Assembly: GCA_049968255.1 (NCBI GenBank)
Contig: JBMFRB010000006.1
Coordinates: 167,800 to 231,799 of the forward strand
Direction of reading: 5' to 3'
Origin: Candidatus Sumerlaeaceae bacterium
GTDB taxonomy: Bacteria; Sumerlaeota; Sumerlaeia; Sumerlaeales; Sumerlaeaceae
Length of the DNA stretch: 64,000 bases
In this document: positions 1 to 8,764 of the stretch, in pieces
How the letters are laid out: every line of letters begins with the position of its first letter
Position numbering within the stretch: the first letter of the stretch is position 1
Translations under genes and position numbers: made by a program
The notes under the pieces: generated by a model
Seen by the model: only the letters and a program-made list of their open reading frames with translations
Told to the model about the DNA's origin: nothing
Database searches by the model: none

Positions 1-1
1 A

Positions 2-727
2 GGCTCCCTTGGAGGTAGCAAGCGCTTTGAGTAATGCGCTGTTGTCGATTTCGCCAATGACGTCCGGAGGCGGGGAGATGGTATTGAGCCAGCGCTCGAC
101 CTTTTGCCGCAGCGGGCAGGATGGCCCTGGAAGCAAAAACGGGCGACCAGCCAGCGCTTGGAGGCCACCGCTTCGAACCCTGTCTGCTAGGCGCACTGGG
201 GCATAGAGGGCCAGAGGAGAGGCTTCGAGGACTATCCATTGGAACTGTCGCGAGTAGCTGCGCAGAGCCGCCGTGTCCGCCAGCACAAGGCTTATTTCGC
301 CGTTCATGAGCTTCGCGAGTAATTGCTCAAGGGCCATACTCACTGCTAGAAGACGTAAATCTGCGCGAAGCTTCAGGACCCGCTCGAAAAAACGAAGAGC
401 GACAAGGTGGGGGAAATTTTCTACAACCCCGACACGCAGCACGGGGGCGCTGGAATGCCTGCCGCTGAGCGTGTCAACAAATTCCTGCGCCGTGGAGAAG
501 ATTCTCTCCGCATAGGCGAAGGCAGTGCGGCCGGCTTCTGTGAGCACAAGACGGCGCCCCGCTCGCACGAAGAGCTGCGTTCCCAAGTGTTCTTCGAATT
601 GGCGAAGGTGTGCTGAAAGGGTGGGTTGGCTCAGCCGTAGGCGTTTTGCGGCCGCCACGACCGATCCTTCGAGCGCAATCATCCAGAAACAGAAGAGGTG
701 GTGAAAATTCAGCGCGGTTAGATCCAT
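2..727 (-). CDS. LysR-family transcriptional regulator, NhaR-like (3' end runs off the window)
   Basis: Translated manually from ATG 727: MDLTALNFHHLFCFWMIALEGSVVAAAKRLRLSQPTLSAHLRQFEEHLGTQLFVRAGRRLVLTEAG...PDVIGEIDNSALLKALA. It has a LysR HTH and resembles the NhaR N- and C-terminal motifs. The frame is open to the window edge, so the ORF track missed it. Confidence 0.93.
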   Translation of the reverse strand, partial: MDLTALNFHHLFCFWMIALEGSVVAAAKRLRLSQPTLSAHLRQFEEHLGTQLFVRAGRRLVLTEAGRTAFAYAERIFSTAQEFVDTLSGRHSSAPVLRVGVVENFPHLVALRFFERVLKLRADLRLLAVSMALEQLLAKLMNGEISLVLADTAALRSYSRQFQWIVLEASPLALYAPVRLADRVRSGGLQALAGRPFLLPGPSCPLRQKVERWLNTISPPPDVIGEIDNSALLKALATSKGA

Positions 728-771
728 AGGTTTTCCTTATATCTGTTATAAACATTATTTATGAAATTCTA
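726..771. promoter_or_regulatory. LysR operator boxes in divergent promoter
   Basis: ATAGGTTTTCCTTAT (726-740) and ATAAACATTATTTAT (748-762) are both ATA-N9-TAT / T-N11-A dyads, 22 bp apart. A third overlapping T-N11-A lies at 759-771. The region is an AT-rich spacer between divergent genes. Confidence 0.75.
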
Positions 772-817
772 TTGAAGGTCTGAAGATAGTTTGACAATCA
801 TACGGAAGGTGACAACA

Positions 818-2737
818 ATGAGCGAAATTCAGAAAAACGGCCACGCCGGGAAATCATCGACGGTTGAGCACCGCGAAATTCCTATCCCAGATGTCCCAGA
901 CGAAATTAGCCGGGTCCTTCGGGCTGCGCCGATCGTGCGTTACGCGAGCACTGTGCAGGAGCTGATTGAGCTCGCCGTGCCGCAGACGACATGCGATGGC
1001 TGGTTTGAAGTCGGCTACGAAGTGGAGGGCAAAGGTCGCCTCGTGGAGGCACACGTATGCCGGGTGCGCAACGGGATCTCCGTGAACTATCTCGAACCTT
1101 ACATGCGGCGGCGTGACCCCGATTGCATGTTCGTTGGCGACGACGGCCCAACCGATCAACCGCGCTTCCATGAACGATTTGGCAAACCTTTTGGGCCTGT
1201 CCGCGAGGAAACTTTTGCATGGCTGGCCAAGCAGGACCTCGCTGTTTTTGTGTTCCGATCGGGCAAGGAGCCCAAAAGTTTTGATGCGGTGGCGATTTGC
1301 CCGGCTAATGCTGGTTTTTTCGCTCTGGGTCTGGCGATGATTCAGGGCATTCTTCCGCTCGACGACCTGCCTGAGGATTTTTCGCCGACGGCCTTTATTT
1401 TGGTGGCACCAACCTTCCGTCACACGCATTTCAACGGACGCCAAGTTGTCGTGCATAACCGCCTGCCGCAGCGTCACGAGCTGTTTAGCTATAATCTCTA
1501 CCTTGGCCCGAGCGCGAAGAAGGGTGTTTACGGCATGCTTTTGAGCCGGGGCGAGAGCGAGGGATGGGTTACTGCGCATTGCTCGACGGTTCGGGTGGTC
1601 ACGCCTTACGACAATCACGTGGTGTTCATGCACGAAGGAGCCAGCGGCGGCGGTAAATCCGAAATGCTGCAATATCCGCACCGCGAGAGCGACGGACGCC
1701 TGCTCATTGGACGCAATCTCGTGACGGGCGAGGCTCGCTATCTGACGCTGCCGCGCGGCTGCGCGCTCCAACCGGTGACCGATGACATGGCGCTTTGCCA
1801 TCGCACCCTTGATGCGCATGCACGCAAATTGCGGCTACGCGATGCCGAGCAGGCATGGTTTGTCCGCGTGAATCATATCCGCCGCTACGGCACTGATCCT
1901 ACGCTGGAGGAATTGACGATCCATCCTAAGGCCCCGCTGCTATTTTTGAGTATTGACGCAAGGCCCGGAGCGACCGCTTTGCTTTGGGAACATATTGAAG
2001 ATGCGCCGGGCAAGCCGTGCCCAAACCCGCGCGTGATTCTTCCGCGTTCGATTGTGCCGGGAATCGTTGACGACGATGTGACGGTGGACGTGCGTAGTTT
2101 CGGTGTGCGAACGCCACCGTGCACTGCTGAGAATCCCACCTATGGGATCCTCGGTCTGTTTCACATTCTCCCACCCGCGCTTGCATGGCTGTGGCGGCTA
2201 GTGTCGCCGCGCGGACACGACAATCCGAGCATTGTGGGCACAGGGCAGCTTGAGAGTGAGGGCGTGGGAAGCTTTTGGCCTTTCGCGCCCGGTCAGCGAG
2301 TGGAACTCGCAAATTTGCTTTTGCGCCAGATCATGGCCACGCCGGACACTTTGTTCGTTCTGATTCCTAATCAGCACATTGGTGCTTGGAAAGTAGGGTT
2401 CATGCCGCAGTGGCTTTGCCGCGAATATCTAGCGCGCCGTGGCTATGCACCGTTCCGACCTGAGCAGATTGCGCCTTCGCGGTGCTCGCTCCTGGGCTAC
2501 AGTCTGCGAAATATTCACATTGAAGGAACTTCGATTAGCTCGTGGTTTCTCAATGTCGAGTCGCAACCCGAAGTTGGCACGAACGGCTACGATGCAGGCG
2601 CAAAGATTCTCGAAGACTTTTTCAGGCAAGAACTTCGCAAATACCGTGTGCCGCATCTGGATCAACTCGGGCACGAGATTATCCAATGCTGCTTGGATGG
2701 TGGGACAGTCGAGGATTACCGCAAATTCACAGCATGA
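818..2737 (+). CDS. DUF4914-family protein with PEP-carboxykinase-like motifs
   Basis: About 640 aa with YMRRRDPD, GPSAKKGVYG, HCS, P-loop GASGGGKSE, VTDD and CPNPRVI. ATG 818 follows AAGGTG; the track start is 791. Confidence 0.8.
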   Translation: MSEIQKNGHAGKSSTVEHREIPIPDVPDEISRVLRAAPIVRYASTVQELIELAVPQTTCDGWFEVGYEVEGKGRLVEAHVCRVRNGISVNYLEPYMRRRDPDCMFVGDDGPTDQPRFHERFGKPFGPVREETFAWLAKQDLAVFVFRSGKEPKSFDAVAICPANAGFFALGLAMIQGILPLDDLPEDFSPTAFILVAPTFRHTHFNGRQVVVHNRLPQRHELFSYNLYLGPSAKKGVYGMLLSRGESEGWVTAHCSTVRVVTPYDNHVVFMHEGASGGGKSEMLQYPHRESDGRLLIGRNLVTGEARYLTLPRGCALQPVTDDMALCHRTLDAHARKLRLRDAEQAWFVRVNHIRRYGTDPTLEELTIHPKAPLLFLSIDARPGATALLWEHIEDAPGKPCPNPRVILPRSIVPGIVDDDVTVDVRSFGVRTPPCTAENPTYGILGLFHILPPALAWLWRLVSPRGHDNPSIVGTGQLESEGVGSFWPFAPGQRVELANLLLRQIMATPDTLFVLIPNQHIGAWKVGFMPQWLCREYLARRGYAPFRPEQIAPSRCSLLGYSLRNIHIEGTSISSWFLNVESQPEVGTNGYDAGAKILEDFFRQELRKYRVPHLDQLGHEIIQCCLDGGTVEDYRKFTA

Positions 2738-3014
2738 CTGCGGTATAGGCCGACCGTCATGCATTCTATAGCCCAGCGCGATAAAGGGCGTGTGACCATT
2801 CACAGAAGGCCGGCGACGGGGTCACAATTCTCGGGCGCCCCATCAGGCATGGCGACCGCGGGAATGGCGCGCTTGTGCACTGGTGGGGGTGGCAACCCAC
2901 TCGCACTCGCTGAGCGAGTCTGGCTCTCTTGCCCAACAGACACTTCTTGGCAGCGGGCTGGGAAGATCGCAATGAGTCAAGGTTTTGAGAACGCTTGAGT
3001 CGCAAAGGAAGCTC

Positions 3015-3980
3015 ATGATGTTTTCGACAGCTTTGCTCAACAATATGCTTTCCCCCATGGTGCTTGCTTTTTGGCTCGGAGTGGGAGCCACCCTGTTGCG
3101 CACCAATTTTCGCGTGCCGCAGCCGGTGTACACGGCGCTTTCCATTTATTTGCTTTTCGCCATCGGAATTAAAGGCGGTGGCGAGCTACGCCACGCGGGT
3201 TTGTTGGCCATCGTCTTGCCAGTGTTGGCCACGCTGGCTCTTGGCCTTATCACGCCTTTGACGGCGTACGCTGTCGCGCGGCGATTTGTGCAACTCGACA
3301 GACCTAATGCTGGTGCTTTAGCGGCTCACTATGGCTCGGTGTCGGCGGTTACGTTTCTTGCTGCTCAGCAATTCTGCAGAAGTCTTCGCGTGCCGTGCGA
3401 AGGCTTCATGCCTTCGCTCATTGCGCTACTCGAGGTGCCAGCCATCATTGTGGCACTGGCGCTGGTTCAAATTAGAGAGGGGCGGGACAGTTCGTTGCGA
3501 GATGTCATCCACGAGGTGGTGACGGGGCCAAGTGTGCTGCTCATGGTGAGTGGCATTCTTATTGGATATATCGCTGGCCCGGAGCGCTTGAAACCGGTGG
3601 AACCGTTTTTTGTGAGCGGATTCCCTGGTGCTCTCGTGCTCTTTCTTTTTGAGCTCGGGATGGTGGCTGCGGAGGAGCTTCCGGTTATGTTGCGGCACGG
3701 CCTCAAGCTTGGCCTCTTCGCGGTGCTGGTACCTCTTTTTCATGGCGTTCTGGGCGTGGCTTTCGGAAAAGTTGCAGGACTCTCGGAAGGCGGCTGTGGG
3801 GTGTTGGGAACGATGGCAGCGAGCGCTTCTTACATCGCCGCGCCAGCGGCTGTCCGGATTGCACTGCCGGAGGCTAATCCTAGCCTTTATTTGGGTTGCT
3901 CGTTGGGGATTACGTTTCCTTTCAACCTGACGCTGGGTATTCCATTATTTTTTGGATTTTCTCATATGTTATTTAGTTAG
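3015..3980 (+). CDS. sbtA: Sodium-dependent bicarbonate transporter (SbtA/Sbt_1 family)
   Basis: About 10 TM segments with family motifs YLLFAIGIKGG, AAHYGSVSAVTF, ASASYIAAPAA and LGITFPFN. ATG 3015 follows AAGGA. Confidence 0.88.
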   Translation: MMFSTALLNNMLSPMVLAFWLGVGATLLRTNFRVPQPVYTALSIYLLFAIGIKGGGELRHAGLLAIVLPVLATLALGLITPLTAYAVARRFVQLDRPNAGALAAHYGSVSAVTFLAAQQFCRSLRVPCEGFMPSLIALLEVPAIIVALALVQIREGRDSSLRDVIHEVVTGPSVLLMVSGILIGYIAGPERLKPVEPFFVSGFPGALVLFLFELGMVAAEELPVMLRHGLKLGLFAVLVPLFHGVLGVAFGKVAGLSEGGCGVLGTMAASASYIAAPAAVRIALPEANPSLYLGCSLGITFPFNLTLGIPLFFGFSHMLFS

Positions 3981-4004
3981 AAAAGAACTCAAGAGAGCTC
4001 TTTT
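3981..4004. terminator. Possible weak intrinsic terminator hairpin after sbtA
   Basis: AAAAGAACTC-AAGA-GAGCTCTTTT inverted repeat with one mismatch, directly after the stop codon. Confidence 0.35.
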
Positions 4005-4094
4005 CAACACCTATGCTCGAAAACCGGTGTGGTGTATAGCTAGTTCTGCATAAGCTTAAAGTTTGTGCAGGTTAGCAAGATGGTGGAGCGTCGT

Positions 4095-5300
4095 ATGATG
4101 AGGGGAATTGTGGTTGTCGGAGCAGGCGTCCTCGTCCAGCTTGCGATGGGGGCTCTCTACGCTTGGAGCACGTTTGGGGCGGCTCTGCAGCAGCATTACG
4201 GCCTCGAACCAGGAAAAGCGGCGTCAATTGTGGGCGTCGCGATTCTCACCTTCACACTCGTCATGATTGCAGGGGGGCGCGGTGTGGCTCGGTTTGGGCC
4301 ACGCGTCATGACCTTATGCGGAGCTGCACTGTTTTCGATTGGGTATCTCGTGAGCTCTTTCGCAGGCGGCCGCTACGCTGTGCTTGTTTTAGGTGCGGGA
4401 GTACTGGTCGGCGCTGGTATTGGTTGTACCTACACGGCGCCCATCACCGCGAGCCTGGCATGGTTCCCACAACGCAAAGGCCTTATCACTGGTCTTTCTG
4501 TGGCGGGATTCGGTGCTGGGGCATTGCTGTTGTCGCAATGGGCTGAATGGCTACTCAAGCAGCAGTGGGATGTTCATCATGTCTTGTGGATGATTGCCGT
4601 CGTCAATGGAGGAGCTGCATTCCTTGGTGGCTTATTTCTGCTAACACCCGCGCAGCCAGTGGCGGCCGCTGGGTCCGAGATAGAGTCAAAGGTCATTCGT
4701 CTTCGCGAGGTGTTTTCTAGACAGCCGTTTTGGGCGGGAGTCGTCGGCATGTTCAGCGCGACATTTGGCGGACTTTTGGTGATTGGAAACCTAAAGTCTT
4801 TAGGCCTATCCTACGGATTGGCCGCGGACGTCGCCGCGACAGCTATCGGCATTTTTGCAATTGGCAACGCGGGCGGCCGCCTCGTGTGGGGTGGTGTGTA
4901 CGACAGACTGGGGCGCTGGGCGCTGCCTTTGGCACTCGTACTCCAGGGAATTGTGTTGGCGGGGTTGGCTCATGCACAGGGTGCGGCGTTCTTTATTCCG
5001 CTCGCTGCCACATGCGGTTTTCTGTTCGGTTCCGCTTTTGTTCTCTATGCAGCGGACCTTGCGAGTGAATACGGACGACACGGGATTGCGATCATTTATC
5101 CATGGGTTTTTCTCGCCTACGGTATCGCAGGCTTGCTGGGGCCGTTCGTTGGTGGCAAACTTTACGAAATGACGGGGTCTTACGTCTACGCTTGCTATAT
5201 TGCCACGATGGTTTCTGTGGGAGGAGCGCTAATTTACTTGTTATTGCGCGGTATGCTGACTCACTTGGGGGGTGGTGCGGCTGCCAGGGGCCGAGACTGA
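4095..5300 (+). CDS. MFS transporter, OFA (oxalate/formate antiporter) family
   Basis: 12-TM MFS protein with GALYAWS, WFPQRKGLITGLSVAGFGAG and NAGGRLVWGGVYDRLGR motifs typical of OFA proteins. ATG 4095 follows GGAG. Confidence 0.82.
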   Translation: MMRGIVVVGAGVLVQLAMGALYAWSTFGAALQQHYGLEPGKAASIVGVAILTFTLVMIAGGRGVARFGPRVMTLCGAALFSIGYLVSSFAGGRYAVLVLGAGVLVGAGIGCTYTAPITASLAWFPQRKGLITGLSVAGFGAGALLLSQWAEWLLKQQWDVHHVLWMIAVVNGGAAFLGGLFLLTPAQPVAAAGSEIESKVIRLREVFSRQPFWAGVVGMFSATFGGLLVIGNLKSLGLSYGLAADVAATAIGIFAIGNAGGRLVWGGVYDRLGRWALPLALVLQGIVLAGLAHAQGAAFFIPLAATCGFLFGSAFVLYAADLASEYGRHGIAIIYPWVFLAYGIAGLLGPFVGGKLYEMTGSYVYACYIATMVSVGGALIYLLLRGMLTHLGGGAAARGRD

Positions 5301-5334
5301 TTGATCGCGCGACGGGCGGGATGTGCCGTGTGCC

Positions 5335-6471
5335 TTATCTTCCGAAGAACGTTCGCACTGACTCGACGACGTAATCGACGTGCTCGCTTGGCAACTGCGG
5401 ATAGAGCGGCAGAGAGAGTGTGGTCAGCGCAACGTGCTCTGCAACAGGGAATTGTCCTTTTTGAAAACCGCGGTGGGCGTAGGCTGGCTGAAGATGGAGC
5501 GGAATTGGGTAATGAATGCCCGTCTCGATGCCGCGTGAAGCGAGAAATTTCTGCAGAGCGTCGCGCGCTTCGGTTTGTATTGCGAACAAATGCCGCGCGT
5601 GGATTCCTTCGTCGGTCAATTTTTGAAAGGTGAGGGGGAGATCCGCGAGCCCTTGTTCGTAGCGTGAACAAATCGTGTTGCGTCGCTCGACTGCCTTGGC
5701 CAATCCTTTCAGGCGCACGGACAACACAGCAGCCTGCAGGGTGTCGAGACGGTAGTTGAAACCCTCGCAGAGGTGGAGATATTTATCGCGCCGGCCATGA
5801 TTGACGAGACGGCGCACGTAGTCGGCGGTATGTTCATCGTCGGTGATGATTGCTCCTGCGTCGCCAAATGCACCAAGATTCTTTGCGGGAAAAAAACTGA
5901 AACAGCCGAGGCGTCCGAGTGTTCCTGCATGCTGTAAAGGGGCACCGGCGCGCGTGCGCAGAAAACCGCCATGTGCTTGAGCGCAGTCCTCGATGAGGAC
6001 GAGGTTATGGCGGCGGCAGATTTCGGCAATCTCATTGAGGCCGCTCGGGTTGCCGTGGAGATGAACGAAGATGACGGCGCGTGTGCGCGGCGAGATGGCA
6101 GCTTCCACAGCGGCGGGGTCGAGGTTGAGTGTTGCAGGGTTGATATCGGCGAAAACGACGTGTGCCCCTGCGTGTCCAATGGCTTCAGCCGTGGCGATGA
6201 AGGTCATGGGTGTGGTGATGACTTCGTCGCCTTGGCCAATGCCAACCGCGAGAAGGGCGAGATGAAGCGCCGAGGTCCCATTGGCGCACCCAACGGCGAA
6301 ACGGGTACCACAGAAGCGGGCGAATTCGCTCTCAAAATCATGGACAGCGCGGCCACCGATGAAATCTCCCTTTTCTAGCACGCGAGCGATTGCGGCCAAC
6401 GTGGCTGGCGCGGTTTCGTGGTAGGTAGCCAAAATGTCATTGAACCGAACCTTCGTTTCGCCGCAAGCCAT
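5335..6471 (-). CDS. DegT/DnrJ/EryC1/StrS PLP-dependent sugar aminotransferase
   Basis: NGTSALHLAL, IEDCAQAHG, SFFPAKNLGAFGDAG and HYPIPLHLQPAY. Start trimmed to ATG 6471. Confidence 0.93.
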   Translation of the reverse strand: MACGETKVRFNDILATYHETAPATLAAIARVLEKGDFIGGRAVHDFESEFARFCGTRFAVGCANGTSALHLALLAVGIGQGDEVITTPMTFIATAEAIGHAGAHVVFADINPATLNLDPAAVEAAISPRTRAVIFVHLHGNPSGLNEIAEICRRHNLVLIEDCAQAHGGFLRTRAGAPLQHAGTLGRLGCFSFFPAKNLGAFGDAGAIITDDEHTADYVRRLVNHGRRDKYLHLCEGFNYRLDTLQAAVLSVRLKGLAKAVERRNTICSRYEQGLADLPLTFQKLTDEGIHARHLFAIQTEARDALQKFLASRGIETGIHYPIPLHLQPAYAHRGFQKGQFPVAEHVALTTLSLPLYPQLPSEHVDYVVESVRTFFGR

Positions 6472-6585
6472 GGCAGAACACTTTTCGACAGCGCGTTCGC
6501 ATCGCAACTGAAATCGCGGAGATGCCGGCGTGAATTTGCAATTTTCCTTGTATTCCCATACTGGAAGTGGGAGCAGAGATAAGTC

Positions 6586-7260
6586 ATGCTGACCAAACGC
6601 CAATTCAATGCTATTTTTGTCGCTGCAGCAGCGATGTTGCTGCTGGTGGGATTCTCGCAGGTCCAACCTTCGGGTTGGCTGGAAGACTATCATCGGTTGG
6701 AACACATTGGCGGCGTGCCGATTGAGCAAGTGTGGGTAAACCCCGAGTTCGATCTCCGCGACTATCATACGCTGTATATTGCACCAGTGCAGGTGGACCA
6801 ACGGGCTTTGCCAAATCGGGGCGACAGCACACGCGAGATGGCGCAGCGGCTTGTGGAGGCGTTCCGCAAATCGCTGAACCGCTCACTTCAAGAGGTTGAA
6901 ATTTTCCGCATCGTTTCGACTGATCCTTATTTCTCGACGACGAAGCAGGGGACTTTGACGCTGCAAATGCGCGTCACGCAGTTCAGCCCCGGATGTCCGC
7001 CCGTGCGTGCACTTATTGGGTTTGGCGCTGGCGCCACAAAAGTTCAGGTGGAAGGCAAGTTGATTGATAATGCGACGGGAGAAGTTGTGGCGGAGTTTGC
7101 CGATCTGCGTATGCACCCAGGCGGTGCGCTTATTTGGGGCATCAAAACCGCCATGGACTCGGAATACCTGATCGGTGTGGACCTCAAGCAGCTCATTGAC
7201 GGGATCACGAAGCTCTTCATATTCTTACGAGAGGAAGGGCCGATCGGCCATCGACTCTGA
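6586..7260 (+). CDS. Exported DUF3313/DUF4410-like protein
   Basis: Signal peptide, SGWLEDY, YHTLYIAPV and RALIGFGAGA...VEGKLID. Confidence 0.6.
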   Translation: MLTKRQFNAIFVAAAAMLLLVGFSQVQPSGWLEDYHRLEHIGGVPIEQVWVNPEFDLRDYHTLYIAPVQVDQRALPNRGDSTREMAQRLVEAFRKSLNRSLQEVEIFRIVSTDPYFSTTKQGTLTLQMRVTQFSPGCPPVRALIGFGAGATKVQVEGKLIDNATGEVVAEFADLRMHPGGALIWGIKTAMDSEYLIGVDLKQLIDGITKLFIFLREEGPIGHRL

Positions 7261-7440
7261 AAAACCTGTGCACGTGCTCGGCCAGAGAGGCGCTATCCCC
7301 GGAACAAAGCACGAGCCGGCAGCGGCAGGCCTGAGGCGCAGCGGGACAAGCCAGGGTGAGCTAAGTGAAGTTTCCTAACTCGGTGGCGTCGCACGGCGGA
7401 GCGGAGTGAACGTTGGTTGAGATTTGTCAGCAACACCCGG

Positions 7441-8469
7441 TCAGGCGTGTGATGCGTCCTCGCCTAGCCCTGTGAGAAATGCCGGATCACTGACAAACAC
7501 GTCGCCCACCTGAACCAGACGTCCATTGACTGCGGCGGTGGCTTCCATGGGCTGTTTATCCTGGGGCTGCACCATCCGCACGAGGATGTGGCTGTCGCCC
7601 GTGGCTACAGTGAAGCCACGTCCTCGCACAAGGGAAGTGACGCTTCCTGGAAGGGGCTTGTCGTCGGGCTCTTTTGCTTGTCTAGTTCTCAGAAACAAAC
7701 TATCAGCTTCGGGAAAAGGCTCGGCTTTGAGAATTTTCCACATGCGGCCATGGAGGAAACTGAAGGCCGACGGCCACGGCTGAAGCCCCCGAATGCGCCA
7801 GAGAATCTGGTCTGTGCGCAGCTCCCATGGCAGTAGTCCGTCGGATTTTTTGAGCATCGGGGCGTAGGTGGCCTGGGTGTGGTCCTGGGGGGTGCTCTCC
7901 ACTTTGCCTGTCTCCTCGATGCGGTCAAGCACCTGGAGCATCAGATTCGCACCGACAACGCTCAGCATGTTCGAGAGGCTGATCGTGTCGTCGTCGTCGA
8001 GGATCTCAACCTCTTCTGTGGCGATGATGTTGCCCGTGTCCATGCCTTCATCGAGCAGCATGATGGTGACGCCAGTGACGCGCTCGCCGTTGATGATTGC
8101 CCATTGCACAGGTGCAGCACCGCGGTACTTTGGCAGCAGCGAAGCATGAAGATTGATGCAGCCATATGGCGGCAACTGAAGAATTTCCGGCGGCAAAATC
8201 TTGCCATAGGCCACAACGACGATCGCATGGGGCTGGAATGGTACAAGAACGGTATGGAAATTCATGCCCCGGAGTTTTTCGGGCTGAAAGACAGGAATAT
8301 TGTGTTCGAGGGCTAGCTCTTTCACTGGTGGAGGCTGGAGCTTTTTTCCGCGGCCAGCAGGTTTATCTGGTTGCGTGACGACTGCCACAACTTGGTGGTG
8401 CTTGGATTCAATGAGTCGTTTGAGTGTAGGTACGGCAAAAAATGGTGTTCCCATGAAAATGATTCGCAC
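7441..8469 (-). CDS. fmt: Methionyl-tRNA formyltransferase
   Basis: RIIFMGTP, VVTQPDKPAGRG, INLHASLLPKYRGAAP and MDTG. Confidence 0.97.
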   Translation of the reverse strand: MRIIFMGTPFFAVPTLKRLIESKHHQVVAVVTQPDKPAGRGKKLQPPPVKELALEHNIPVFQPEKLRGMNFHTVLVPFQPHAIVVVAYGKILPPEILQLPPYGCINLHASLLPKYRGAAPVQWAIINGERVTGVTIMLLDEGMDTGNIIATEEVEILDDDDTISLSNMLSVVGANLMLQVLDRIEETGKVESTPQDHTQATYAPMLKKSDGLLPWELRTDQILWRIRGLQPWPSAFSFLHGRMWKILKAEPFPEADSLFLRTRQAKEPDDKPLPGSVTSLVRGRGFTVATGDSHILVRMVQPQDKQPMEATAAVNGRLVQVGDVFVSDPAFLTGLGEDASHA

Positions 8470-8737
8470 AGATCCTCACCTCATCGATCAAAGCTTGGGG
8501 GCAACGCGTATGAATGAACTTTCGTGATGGTGGTGAATTTGAGCAACTAAGAATTTGCCTATGTCATTCTTTCCGGGGGCGGGCAAAATGAGTGGCATTT
8601 TGTGCGGGCGTGGTGGCCTGAGCCAGTGATTTATCGTTTTCGCGAGAACGCGGAGTGCGCGGGGACACACGACCCCGAAGTGAGTGCCGTGCGGCGCAAG
8701 GCATGATTTTTCTGCTAGGCAGCAGCTGTTCAAGGCA

Positions 8738-8743
8738 TATAAT
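8738..8743 (+). promoter_or_regulatory. Candidate sigma70 -10 element for yceD
   Basis: Perfect TATAAT 21 bp upstream of ATG 8765, with a GAGGA RBS. No clear -35. Confidence 0.4.
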
Positions 8744-8764
8744 AACCATCGAGGACCAACGCGC

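Noticed and set aside
854-1819. 321-aa minus-strand ORF
   Set aside because: Antisense shadow of the DUF4914 gene; no motifs.
6472-6801. N-terminal extension of the DegT ORF in the track
   Set aside because: Overlaps the divergent gene at 6586; homology begins at MACGETKVRF (6471).
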